Source: Candidatus Bathyarchaeia archaeon
GTDB taxonomy: Archaea > Thermoproteota > Bathyarchaeia > Bathyarchaeales > Bathycorpusculaceae
DNA: 64,000 nucleotides
Reading direction: 5' to 3'
Assembly (NCBI GenBank): GCA_038882975.1
Contig: JAVZNE010000001.1
Span: 128,001-192,000 of the forward strand
Each line of letters opens with the position of its first letter. Position 1 is the first letter of the stretch. Below are positions 9,860 to 18,873 of this stretch, piece after piece. The notes under the pieces were generated by a model. That model worked only from the letters and a program-made list of their open reading frames with translations. It was not told the origin of the DNA and did no database searches. A program made the translations under genes and the position numbers.

Positions 9860-10599
9860 GGAGAATTTTTGCTGATCTACACTTACAGCCAAACCTAGGC
9901 GACGTGGAACAGACTAGGCGAATGATAGCTAAGGCTTCAGAGTTGGGCTACCGCCTAATAGCCATGCCAGTGCCACCCTCGCTAAGCCTTGCCGAAAAAT
10001 ACGTCCAACAGTTGAGAAGTATATGCCAAGAAAAAGCCATAGACTATGCTTCACGCCTAGATTTAAAGCCGAAAACACCAAAAGAACTTCTCCAACTTTT
10101 GAGGCAGTTCCGCCGAAAATACGAGATAATAGCCGTGATGTGCGAGTCTAAGGCTGTTGCGAGGCAAGCGGCAAAAGACCATAGAGTGGATCTCCTAAAC
10201 TTTCCATCCATAGACCCCCACAAAAGGTTTTTCGACAAGGCAGAAGCCGAACTAGCCTCCAACACTCAAGCCTCACTAGAGATTGACATAAAACCATTGC
10301 TCATTTTGAAAGGCCCAGCCAGAATAAGGCTTCTTTCAACTTTGCGAAGGGAAACGGCCATAGCAAAAGACTTTCAAGTGCCCATTGTGGTTTCAAGTGG
10401 CACGACAAGTGAGCTACTAATGCGGAAACCCCTCGAAATGGCAGCACTGGCAGCCCTTTTTGATTTAGACAAGCCGTCAGCCCTAGATGCCGCTTCAAAG
10501 AATCCTTTGGCGATTGTTAAGAGAAACCGCGAAAAGCTCAGCCCCCACTTTATTGCTCCTGGAATACGCCTAATCAGGATGGGGAAAGATTGCCAGTAA
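9856..10599 (+). CDS. rnp3: Ribonuclease P protein subunit Rpp30
   Basis: PHP-like fold start FADLHL, VPIVVSSG, context. Confidence 0.85.
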   Translation: MRRIFADLHLQPNLGDVEQTRRMIAKASELGYRLIAMPVPPSLSLAEKYVQQLRSICQEKAIDYASRLDLKPKTPKELLQLLRQFRRKYEIIAVMCESKAVARQAAKDHRVDLLNFPSIDPHKRFFDKAEAELASNTQASLEIDIKPLLILKGPARIRLLSTLRRETAIAKDFQVPIVVSSGTTSELLMRKPLEMAALAALFDLDKPSALDAASKNPLAIVKRNREKLSPHFIAPGIRLIRMGKDCQ

Positions 10600-10916
10600 A
10601 AGTGAGGCGCCGCTATCTAGCCCTAAAGATGGAATCTGCGGAAAAGTTTGAGTCGAGGGAGCTTCTTGACGCCTTATGGAACGCCATTTTAAGGTTGTAT
10701 GGAGAGTGTGGAGCAAGCAAAACAAGCTTAACATTAATTGATTATGATGAGGAAAAAGGAATTGCCATAATCCGCGTAGCCCATACGGAGCTTGAAAAGG
10801 TTAGAGCCGCCATAGCCACAATAACAGAAATTAACACCAAACCAGCAGTGGTTCATGTCTTAACCGCTTCCGGCACCTTAAGAGCCCTTCATAGAAAAGT
10901 TAGAGCCAGCCATTAG
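10590..10916 (+). CDS. rnp2: Ribonuclease P protein subunit Pop5/Rpp14
   Basis: RRRYLAL, LYGECG, SGTLRAL. Confidence 0.9.
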   Translation: MPVKVRRRYLALKMESAEKFESRELLDALWNAILRLYGECGASKTSLTLIDYDEEKGIAIIRVAHTELEKVRAAIATITEINTKPAVVHVLTASGTLRALHRKVRASH

Positions 10917-10956
10917 CAGCAATTGGTTTAAAAGGCTGAAAACATATTTTAAGCTT

Positions 10957-11020
10957 GGGGGATGATGACGCCGTCCCAGTCTGATGATGCAATATGAGGA
11001 GCTCATGACGGCCAGACCCC
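10957..11020 (+). ncRNA. C/D-box sRNA-like RNA
   Basis: GGGG...CCCC terminal stem; C box ATGATGA 10962-68; 12-nt spacer; D' CTGA 10981-84; C' ATGAGGA 10994-11000; 12-nt spacer; variant D box CAGA 11013-16; TATA-like TTTAAAA at 10927. Confidence 0.8.
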
Positions 11021-11042
11021 GCAAATCGTCAAAGCTGGAAAA

Positions 11043-11735
11043 CTAACGAAGAAGCCTAGCCATTTTCTCCCTTTTCCGCTTAAGCCCAAAAGCCAATGCC
11101 AAAATCATTCCTGCAACGAAGCCGCCTATATGCGCCCAATAAGCAATCTTGCTGCCGATTTCAAATAGGCCGTAAAGCCACTGCATGAGAAACCAGACGC
11201 CTAGAAAAATAACTGCTGGGATGGGCAGTATAAAGTAGGCAACCCATGTTAAAATTCGGGCTTTTGGAAACAGTATAAGGTAAGCTCCTAAAACTCCGGA
11301 AATCGCTCCAGAAGCACCAACAACTCCAGTGCTGAAATCAATGGTGCCATTGGTTAAGCCAAGACACAAGCTCAATATGTGAGTGAAGGCTGCTGCTAAG
11401 CCACAAAATATGTAGAATGCCAAATAGCCTATGTGTCCAAAAATGTCTTCAACGTTATCTCCGAAAATGTATAGAAAGAGCATGTTTCCAAGCAAGTGTA
11501 GCCAATCAGCGTGCATAAACATTGATGTCACTAAAGTGTAAAGCCTTTGTCCGTGGACAACTTTGCTGGGATACATGATAAAATCAGACCCGATTCTCTC
11601 TGCAACTGTAGGTGGAAAGTAAATTCCTAAGTCAGAAAGCCAATAAACCGCGAATATGACAATGTTCACAATTAACAGCATGCGGTTGACGTGGGGAGTG
11701 CTGAACGGACGGTTCAAATCCTTTAATGGAAGCAA
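11043..11735 (-). CDS. Rhomboid family intramembrane serine protease
   Basis: HLLGNM, GASGAISG, AHIGG. Confidence 0.95.
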   Translation of the reverse strand: MLPLKDLNRPFSTPHVNRMLLIVNIVIFAVYWLSDLGIYFPPTVAERIGSDFIMYPSKVVHGQRLYTLVTSMFMHADWLHLLGNMLFLYIFGDNVEDIFGHIGYLAFYIFCGLAAAFTHILSLCLGLTNGTIDFSTGVVGASGAISGVLGAYLILFPKARILTWVAYFILPIPAVIFLGVWFLMQWLYGLFEIGSKIAYWAHIGGFVAGMILALAFGLKRKREKMARLLR

Positions 11736-11815
11736 GGAACAGCCTCGCCAAACCCACTATGACTCATGGCAACGTTTAAAATTTACCGTCAAAATGTTGG
11801 CTAAGCAACACGTCA

Positions 11816-12196
11816 TTAGTAGGCTAGGCACTCAATCATTCTGCTACAAGTTAAACACTCATCTGGTATTGGCGTATTCTTTGGACGCTTCTTCAAATAA
11901 CCAAGAAAATGTTCACACTTTGCCCCTTCTGATTCGCTTTCCTCTTTTTTGTGTACAATAACTGTGGAGGTTTTTTCCTCTTCTTCCCTGCTTCTTTCAT
12001 GCCTCATGGCTTTTACTTCTCCAACTTTTGTTAGGCAACGCGGACAAGCATAATAGGTTCTGAAAGAACCGCCAGAAACAATTGTTGCCAAAATTGGTTT
12101 TTCAAAGTTTTCACCACAGCCATAACATGTCTGACCATTATACCTTGAAAGATAGTACCCGCCACTATACCTTGCTAATGATATGTTTTCAGACAT
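11816..12196 (-). CDS. Cys/His-rich double zinc-finger hypothetical protein
   Basis: CYGC..CPRC and C-terminal CEHFLGYL..PDECLTC..EC; start likely MSEN (12196). Confidence 0.7.
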   Translation of the reverse strand: MSENISLARYSGGYYLSRYNGQTCYGCGENFEKPILATIVSGGSFRTYYACPRCLTKVGEVKAMRHERSREEEEKTSTVIVHKKEESESEGAKCEHFLGYLKKRPKNTPIPDECLTCSRMIECLAY

Positions 12197-12275
12197 ACTT
12201 TGCAACCCATCAGTATGCAGAATATTAATATTTAATAAACCTTTTTGCACAAACGTACAACACAAAAACACATAG

Positions 12276-12350
12276 TGGGCCGGACCGGATTTGAACCGGT
12301 GACCTTCCGCACGTCAAGCGGATGTCCTAACCGAGCTAGACTACCGGCCC
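12276..12350 (-). tRNA. tRNA-Val(GAC)
   Basis: Reverse complement GGGCCGG...CCGGCCCA cloverleaf; anticodon arm TCCGC-TTGACGT-GCGGA; GGTTCAAATCC T-arm; no encoded CCA. Confidence 0.95.
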
Positions 12351-12452
12351 TCTTTTGCCCGGAAATAGTTTACTTGCATTTCCAATATATAGCTGATTCG
12401 TTTTTGGATAAAGATTTAAGATTTAAAAGTGTCTTAGAGGGTGGTGGCTGTT

Positions 12453-12540
12453 GCCGGGATGGCGGAGTGGATAACGCGCAGGCCTTGAGAGCCTGTGGCC
12501 CGTTTGGGCCGCGTGGGTTCGAATCCCACTCCCGGCGCCA
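12453..12540 (+). tRNA. tRNA-Ser(UGA)
   Basis: GCCGGGA/TCCCGGC acceptor stem, anticodon arm CAGGC-CTTGAGA-GCCTG, long variable arm, G73, encoded CCA. Confidence 0.95.
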
Positions 12541-12575
12541 AAACTGCCGTTTAAGGCGTTTTAGGGTGATTTATT

Positions 12576-12947
12576 ATGCATTGTTCTGATTGTGGTGAAT
12601 GCTGCCGTGAAACCGAAATGGAACTTTCAAGCGATGACGTAGAGCGTTTGGTGGATGCTGGTTATCGCCCAGAGGATTTTATGGTTGTACGTGATGATGT
12701 GCCACATCTCAGAAATGTTGATGGTTGTTGCTACTTTTACAGCCCAGCTAAAAGGAGGTGTCGAGTTTATAAGATAAGACCTTTGGGATGCCGTCTTTAT
12801 CCAGTTATTTATGTGGACGGTGTAGGCGTGACTTTGGATGAGTTATGTCCTATGAGGCATACAGTTTCCAAGAAAGAGTTTAAGCGGAAAGCGAGAATTC
12901 TCAAGAGGCTTTTGGAAAAGATTTATGGTGAACGTTTGTTCCGCTGA
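12576..12947 (+). CDS. YkgJ-family (CxxCxxCC) cysteine cluster protein
   Basis: CSDCGECC, CRVYKIRPLGCRLYP. Confidence 0.88.
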   Translation: MHCSDCGECCRETEMELSSDDVERLVDAGYRPEDFMVVRDDVPHLRNVDGCCYFYSPAKRRCRVYKIRPLGCRLYPVIYVDGVGVTLDELCPMRHTVSKKEFKRKARILKRLLEKIYGERLFR

Positions 12948-12950
12948 TGG

Positions 12951-13364
12951 CTAGGACTGTTTGAAGTCCCATCCAAACAATGCCAAGTCAAAGTCCGTTA
13001 TTAAGCCAACAAGTTTATTTTTAGCGTTTACAACAGGGATTCTCCTAAGATGTCTATTGTTCATTGTTTTGACAACGTCGAGGACAGTGTTATTGGGTTT
13101 ACATGTTACAAGGTCCCTTGTCATTATGTCTTCAACTTTTAGCTTTCTTACATCAGCCTGTGAATAAACAGCCTTTGTAATTATATCCCTGAAGGTTAGC
13201 AAGCCTTGTAAAATACCTTTCGAGTCGATGATGGGTAGGCATTCCACATCGCATTCAATCATCCTTTTCACGGCTTCTTCCACCGTGCTGCCAACGGAAA
13301 CCGTGATTAGGTTTCTTGTCATAATTTTGCTAACTTTCACTTTAAGTGCGGCTAAATCCTTCAT
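12951..13364 (-). CDS. CBS-pair domain protein
   Basis: Two CBS repeats (VSKIMTR..., VEDIMTR..., RRIPVV...LVGLIT). Confidence 0.93.
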   Translation of the reverse strand: MKDLAALKVKVSKIMTRNLITVSVGSTVEEAVKRMIECDVECLPIIDSKGILQGLLTFRDIITKAVYSQADVRKLKVEDIMTRDLVTCKPNNTVLDVVKTMNNRHLRRIPVVNAKNKLVGLITDFDLALFGWDFKQS

Positions 13365-13506
13365 TATAATCTAAACCCATCTAAAAGAACAAAAGGTGCT
13401 TAAAAACCTATTTATGCCAATGGAAGGCTGAGAGCAAAATTTCTCGTTCCGTCTCTCGAACGTCAATTTTAGCAGTCTGAAAATTGTAAAGTTTGATAGC
13501 CCCTCT

Positions 13507-15231
13507 CTAGTTTTTCGGTGAAACATCTGCCCAATATTTTTCGAACTGTTCCACGTATTTGTATCCGCTGTCGGGGAAAACAAGAACGTACACGCCTTTT
13601 TCTCCGGCAATTTTCTGGAAAGCGTGCACAATGGCTCCTGAGCTTAGCCCTATTAGGAGACCTTCCTTTCTCGCTATTTTTATTGCGCCTTCTATGGCTT
13701 CTGTCTGTTTCACTTCTACTACTTCGTCGAAATGTGCGTTGTGGAACCATTTCATGCCTGTTTCTATCCGCCTTATGCCGGGAATAACTTCGTTTTGGGC
13801 TGGTTGGACGCCAACAATTTTTACGTTGTGGCCGTATTTGGTTTTGAAGTAGTGGGATATGGCGCTCATATGCCCAGACGTCCCAAGTCCTCCAATTATG
13901 CATGTGGGCTTTAAGCCTAGGCTGTTCAATTGGTCGTCTATTTCTCTGGCTGTGTATTTTAGGTGGACTTTGAAGTTTGCGTCATTCTCGAACTGGTTTA
14001 GGTGGACAGCATTGTCGGCTTTTGCCTCTTTTTCTACGTGGCTTATCGCCTCAACGGTTAAGCCCACTGGAAGCCGCACAACCTCTGCTCCGAGAACTTT
14101 TAGGTAGATGTCGCTTGCCTTCTGTATGGTTTTCGGTATGAAAAGCCTTGTTCTCACGTCGAGCGTATTAGCTATGGATGTTAAGGCTATGCCAGTATTT
14201 GTGGATGTAGCCTCATACAAAGCAGTTTTAAGCTCTCCATTCTCCATAGCTTCTTTAATCATAGCCCAACCTATTCTGTCTTTTACACTGTTGCTGAAAG
14301 GGTTATAACACTCAAGCTTAGCCCAAACGCTGCAGGAGGTAGAGGAAAGGGAATTTAACTTTACAAGTGGGGTTGGCCAACCATCATAAAGCAGTTCTAG
14401 AGTGCTATTGTAAACTTTTAACACTTTGCGGCTTTGCCTCTTTTTAGTCAATAACTTTTCCAGCGGAACATTAATTTTGACCGGTTCTGCGAAAAGGGTG
14501 AAGCTTTTTGGCTGGAGCTTTGGACCCTTAACCCCAGCCTCAATAATTCTCTCCTTAGAAAAGTTTTCCATGTTTGGTGCTTTGATTTCTACATCCTTTA
14601 AGTTCACCGTAAAAGTGGGTGCCTTCTCTGCCGAAAGTAGGTCGAGTGCTTGGAAGGCTTCATAGCCATGCAATAAAACGCCCGTTCTCTTATCAATTAC
14701 TAGGGGGGCATCGATGACTTCTGTTTTAAGGAATTTAGTGTATGTTGATAGTACATCTGCAAGTTCAACATTCATGGCGGCTTTTATGCGTTTTATGGGC
14801 GTAAGTGTAAGTTCGCTTTTCAGCACTTCGATGGGGATGTCAACCTTCTTTTCAATTGACGATATATGCGATAGGGTTTCACTGTTTCTTATCATGTGGC
14901 ATGTTGATTTAGGCGGAAAACGCTTCCCAGATAAGGCTGCTTCTATCACGTCCCTTTTTGTTAAGTTGTAATTATTTCTCCATGTTTGAACCACTATGTT
15001 TGGCGAGTTGTAATCCACGTAGATTACTGGGATTCTTTTGCATCCGAGGCTTTTGAGGACGTTGAAGCGATGTTCGCCATCCAATATTATATTTGTTTTT
15101 TTGTCGACGACTATTGGATGTTTTAGGATTTTGTCTGCAGCTATTTGTCGTGTCAGTTCTTCGAGATGCTCGGGATCTGTCTCTTCGTGTTCGTGGAGCC
15201 TTTCCAGTTTTATTAGGTGTATTTCGGTCAT
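13507..15231 (-). CDS. Fusion: ParB/Srx (SerK-like) domain(s) + PLP cysteine synthase / O-phosphoserine sulfhydrylase
   Basis: N-term LHEHEE..HPIVVD..ILDGEHR, then a degenerate second copy; C-term PTPLVKL, YNPFSNSVKDR, EATSTNTG, GTSGH, IPGIRR, FPDSGYKY. Confidence 0.85.
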   Translation of the reverse strand: MTEIHLIKLERLHEHEETDPEHLEELTRQIAADKILKHPIVVDKKTNIILDGEHRFNVLKSLGCKRIPVIYVDYNSPNIVVQTWRNNYNLTKRDVIEAALSGKRFPPKSTCHMIRNSETLSHISSIEKKVDIPIEVLKSELTLTPIKRIKAAMNVELADVLSTYTKFLKTEVIDAPLVIDKRTGVLLHGYEAFQALDLLSAEKAPTFTVNLKDVEIKAPNMENFSKERIIEAGVKGPKLQPKSFTLFAEPVKINVPLEKLLTKKRQSRKVLKVYNSTLELLYDGWPTPLVKLNSLSSTSCSVWAKLECYNPFSNSVKDRIGWAMIKEAMENGELKTALYEATSTNTGIALTSIANTLDVRTRLFIPKTIQKASDIYLKVLGAEVVRLPVGLTVEAISHVEKEAKADNAVHLNQFENDANFKVHLKYTAREIDDQLNSLGLKPTCIIGGLGTSGHMSAISHYFKTKYGHNVKIVGVQPAQNEVIPGIRRIETGMKWFHNAHFDEVVEVKQTEAIEGAIKIARKEGLLIGLSSGAIVHAFQKIAGEKGVYVLVFPDSGYKYVEQFEKYWADVSPKN

Positions 15232-15267
15232 TTTAACACCGTTAAAAGGATTTTAACGCCGTTAAAA
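15231..15267. promoter_or_regulatory. Tandem palindromic operator TTTTAAC-N3-GTTAAAA x2
   Basis: TTTTAACaccGTTAAAA (15231-47) and TTTTAACgccGTTAAAA (15251-67), 20-bp period, between start codon and TATA-like element (15268-76). Confidence 0.75.
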
Positions 15268-15306
15268 ATATATAAACCTACCGCTAAAAATAACTAGGGA
15301 AAACCC

Positions 15307-15702
15307 TTGAAACCACCATGTGTAATCGTAGTGAAATATCTTCTTCCGGCAATAAGAGTGCTGGTAACAAAAGAGCTTATCGAAAAACACAACATGAGAA
15401 AAATAGAGGCTTCTGAAAAGATGGAGCTAACCCCAGCGGCTATAACCCAATATTTTAAAGGTGAAAGAGGAGCAACGCTCACAAACGAAATAGCTCAGTC
15501 CGAAGAGGCCATGAAAATGGTATCAAAGTTGGCTGAAACCCTCGCCAGAAAAGACGCAACACCAGAAAGCGTCATAGAGAAACTCTGCGAAATATGTGCC
15601 ACCATAAGATATGAAGGGGTTATCTGCAAACTTCATCAAGAAGACTTGCCAACCCTCAAAGAATGCAGGTGTGCCACATGCTATTCCTCGCCAGAAACCT
15701 AA
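15307..15702 (+). CDS. Archaeal HTH transcriptional regulator with C-terminal Cys/His cluster
   Basis: PPC..LPAIR, LTPAAITQYFKGERG, ICKLH..CRCATC. Confidence 0.8.
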   Translation: MKPPCVIVVKYLLPAIRVLVTKELIEKHNMRKIEASEKMELTPAAITQYFKGERGATLTNEIAQSEEAMKMVSKLAETLARKDATPESVIEKLCEICATIRYEGVICKLHQEDLPTLKECRCATCYSSPET

Positions 15703-15716
15703 ACTGAAGCTCTAAT

Positions 15717-15899
15717 TTACCGTTTTACTGTCACTACAGCCTTCATTTGCCTTCGCTCTTTCTCAACCTTGACGATTCTCACCCTTATTTTGCTTAAAAG
15801 CTCCTTTATCATTTTTCTGGCTTCTTCCCTTGTTTGATATTTTCCGCTGAGCTCAATCCATGGCAGTGTTTCGTCAATTTTTACCCATATGGCATACAA
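15717..15899 (-). CDS. Small hypothetical protein
   Basis: 60 aa, upstream GGTGA SD-like sequence. Confidence 0.55.
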   Translation of the reverse strand: MYAIWVKIDETLPWIELSGKYQTREEARKMIKELLSKIRVRIVKVEKERRQMKAVVTVKR

Positions 15900-16307
15900 T
15901 ATTTTTCACCGTTGCACTGCGAATTTAGAGGCTAGCTAATTAAAACAGTTATGAATTTTGGATATGGATTTTGTATTCGCGGAAAAATAATTAAGGGAGT
16001 TGCTCACATTTTTAGAGGTTTGGGAGCGATATAGAAGGTGGAGTTTAAGGGCACACTGGAAAAAGCCGCTTTGAAGGAGTGCCTATGGATGCAGAACGCC
16101 GGAGAAAGCCAAGAAGGCGAAAATGATGAAACTAGCCAACAGCACGCCAAAAGAACAAATCAGAAATCTTCAGTTGCACAGCCATGTCCATCAAAAATTC
16201 TACTTAAAGCAATACAACCATAAGCCAAAACGTTCTCATTCCACGACCGACTTTTGCCTTATTCCGCCCCTTTTCCACTGTTCGCGAGAGCTTTTGGAGG
16301 TTAGTTT

Positions 16308-17510
16308 ATGGTTTTGAAGGCTAAACCGCGATTCGCCGAAACCCTAAAGCAGTCAGTGATGGCTTACGCCTTTAATATTTTTGGGATAGCCGCCGGAACA
16401 ATAATCGCCTATTATTCTGAACTTTTTGCAGAAGCGCCATGGGCGGTTGTAATTTATCCACCAATCCTCAGCGCCCGTGGAGTTATAGGCGGCTTATTTT
16501 GTGGACGCCTAAGTACAGGCCTACACCTTGGAACTATTCAACCACGCCTTTTTAGAAACACTAAAAGTTTCTATCTACTATTCCAAGCAATTGTGATTAT
16601 GACTTTTGAAGCAAGCCTCATGATGAGCCTAATTGCAGCTCTTTTAAACGGCTTTGGAGAATCTTTGCGTTTGATAAACGTTTTTATGGCTACAATGGCT
16701 TTGGCGCTGATTGTTATTTCCCCACTGACGCTGACGGTTTCCTTCATCTCCTTCAAGCATGGACTTGACCCAGACATAATCTTATACCCGATAGAATCAA
16801 CAGTGGCAGACCTCCTCATAACATCAATTTATATTACAGTGCTAGGTCTTTTCCTCACTAACAGTTTTCTTTGGGGTTATGTCTTCACTTTTATAAGTTT
16901 AGCACTGCTGTTAACCTCCGCATTCTTCCTCGTTAAAAATGCGAAGGAGCCAGAATTCATTAAAACTTTAAAAGAATCCCTATTAACACTTGTTTTAGTC
17001 TCTTTTATAGTCAATGTTGCCGGAGCCACCTTAGGCAAGGTGGAAGAACTCATACGCGGGAAAAAGCTTAGCCAAGTCTACGTTGTTTATCCAGCGTTAA
17101 TTGACACTATAGGTGACGTGGGAGCTGTTGTAGGCTCAACAGCCACAACAAAACTTGCCCTTGGAACACTTAAAGCATCATTTTCCTCCATGAAAAGCCA
17201 TTTTATGGAGATTTCAGGCGCGTGGGCAGCATCATTAATAATGTATTTTGCCTATTCAGTCTTAGCCTTACTAATAACTGGCACATTTGCTCCAATAAGC
17301 CTTGCAGCTTTTACGTTTTTCCTTTTCACAGTCAACATTTTCGCCGCTTCCCTAATAATTTTGGTTTCCTATTCCGTTGCCATCCTAACCTATCAAAGAG
17401 GTTTAGACCCTGACAACTTTGAAATTCCAATAGAGAGTTCCCTCGCAGATAGCATAACAACAATTTCGCTTCTTGTGGCACTTGTCTTGTGGGCTGGAAT
17501 ATTAGCTTAA
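16308..17510 (+). CDS. MgtE/SLC41-type divalent cation transporter (two membrane repeats)
   Basis: GLDPDII..D and GLDPDNF..D motifs, ~10 TM segments. Confidence 0.88.
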   Translation: MVLKAKPRFAETLKQSVMAYAFNIFGIAAGTIIAYYSELFAEAPWAVVIYPPILSARGVIGGLFCGRLSTGLHLGTIQPRLFRNTKSFYLLFQAIVIMTFEASLMMSLIAALLNGFGESLRLINVFMATMALALIVISPLTLTVSFISFKHGLDPDIILYPIESTVADLLITSIYITVLGLFLTNSFLWGYVFTFISLALLLTSAFFLVKNAKEPEFIKTLKESLLTLVLVSFIVNVAGATLGKVEELIRGKKLSQVYVVYPALIDTIGDVGAVVGSTATTKLALGTLKASFSSMKSHFMEISGAWAASLIMYFAYSVLALLITGTFAPISLAAFTFFLFTVNIFAASLIILVSYSVAILTYQRGLDPDNFEIPIESSLADSITTISLLVALVLWAGILA

Positions 17511-17589
17511 ACATGCTCCAAAATAGCCTTTGGGATAAGAGTTAAAATATTTAGCTGCTAAATATTGTGGTCGGAGAGCCCAAAGCGCT

Positions 17590-18198
17590 ATGCCTCCCTT
17601 TGAAAAAATCGAGTATAAGCCCGTGACAGTGAGGGAAGTTCTCCGTGAAATGAAAAACCTCTCTGAACTAATGATTGACTTGGCTTATTCTGCTGCTCTC
17701 TTCAATGACAAAGACTTGGCTGAAGACGTTTTGGAACTGGAAAAACGCATAGACACGCTGGCTTACCATCTGGAAATGGTGACCATGGTGGCTGCAAGAG
17801 ACGCAAAAGACGCAGAAGCACTTGTCGGAGTTTCAAAAGTGGCTGCCGCTGCAGACAAAATTTCAGACGCCGCCGCAGACATAGCGGCGATAGTAACCCA
17901 AAATATAGGCGTGCACCCCATCGTGGGTGAAATTTTTGAAAGAGTTGAAGAACGTTTAGCAAAAGCCAAAGTGCACGAAGAATCGGTTTTAGTTGGAAAG
18001 GAGATAGGCGAGCTTGAACTAGCCCCTAGAATGGGAATAGACATAATCGCCATATTCAGAGAAAACGACTGGATAATAAACCCAAAAGAAAACGAGAAGG
18101 TTAAAGCTGGTGACATCCTCATAGCCCGCGGCACCCACGAAGGATTAAGAGAGCTTAAAGAAATCTGCGAAGGAAAACTTGACAAACTGGAGGACTAA
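17590..18198 (+). CDS. PhoU-like + TrkA-C (RCK_C) domain protein
   Basis: MKNLSELMIDLAYSA helical domain; GIDIIAIFR..GDILIARG. Confidence 0.85.
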   Translation: MPPFEKIEYKPVTVREVLREMKNLSELMIDLAYSAALFNDKDLAEDVLELEKRIDTLAYHLEMVTMVAARDAKDAEALVGVSKVAAAADKISDAAADIAAIVTQNIGVHPIVGEIFERVEERLAKAKVHEESVLVGKEIGELELAPRMGIDIIAIFRENDWIINPKENEKVKAGDILIARGTHEGLRELKEICEGKLDKLED

Positions 18199-18200
18199 TC

Positions 18201-18779
18201 ATGGCAGGGAAAAGCCAGAAGAAATTTGAGGAAATCGTCGCACGCTTTGTAGAGCTTAAAGACACATCCGAACTAATGATTGACCTGGCTTATTCATCGC
18301 TTCTTCTAAACAGCAAGGAGCTAGCCGAAGAAGTACAAAAACTCGAAGAATATGTGGACAAGCTACACACAGAATTTGAGCTACTAGTCTTGTCCAGCAA
18401 ATTCAAAAAAGAGGAAGCTAAAGGCTTTTTAGGGCTGATAAGGCTTGGCGTCGTCACAGAGAAGATAGCCGACGCGGCTGCACAAATAGCCGAGGTTGTT
18501 TTAAGAGGCATAGAACCCCACCCAGTGCTGGCACTAGCCATAGAAGAAGCTGAAGAGACAATAACATACGCGAAGGTAGCGGAAAACTCGCCCTTAGTAA
18601 ATAAGACTTTGCGAGAGGCTAAAATCCCAGAGGAAACAGGCATGTGGGTTCTAGCCATAAAGAGGGGAGACAAATGCATACGTCCAAAGCCAGAAACCCG
18701 AATCCAGGTGGGCGATATTCTAATTGCTTCGGGCTATGCTGAAGGCGAAGAGGATCTCAAAAAACTTGCAGTTCCATAA
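18201..18779 (+). CDS. PhoU-like + TrkA-C (RCK_C) domain protein, paralogue
   Basis: LKDTSELMIDLAYSS; GMWVLAIKRG..GDILIASG. Confidence 0.85.
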   Translation: MAGKSQKKFEEIVARFVELKDTSELMIDLAYSSLLLNSKELAEEVQKLEEYVDKLHTEFELLVLSSKFKKEEAKGFLGLIRLGVVTEKIADAAAQIAEVVLRGIEPHPVLALAIEEAEETITYAKVAENSPLVNKTLREAKIPEETGMWVLAIKRGDKCIRPKPETRIQVGDILIASGYAEGEEDLKKLAVP

Positions 18780-18873
18780 CATTATTTTGGAAAGGTTAGT
18801 TAGGATAAGTATTCTGGATTCATCAACACTATAAACTCGAAGTTCAATTCTAATTCTAAAGGAGGAATAGTCC

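Noticed and set aside
10969-10980. D' spacer partially complementary to the 5' end of the nearby tRNA-Ser
   Set aside because: Pairing needs one mismatch and two G-U pairs in 12 nt, which is too weak to call a target.
12245-12589. 114-aa ORF on + strand
   Set aside because: It overlaps both tRNA genes, so it is a shadow ORF.
16038-16317. Two short ORFs / possible riboswitch upstream of the MgtE-like gene
   Set aside because: No recognisable protein motif or convincing RNA structure; only a short GGCAC/GTGCC stem and a hydrophobic minus-strand fragment.
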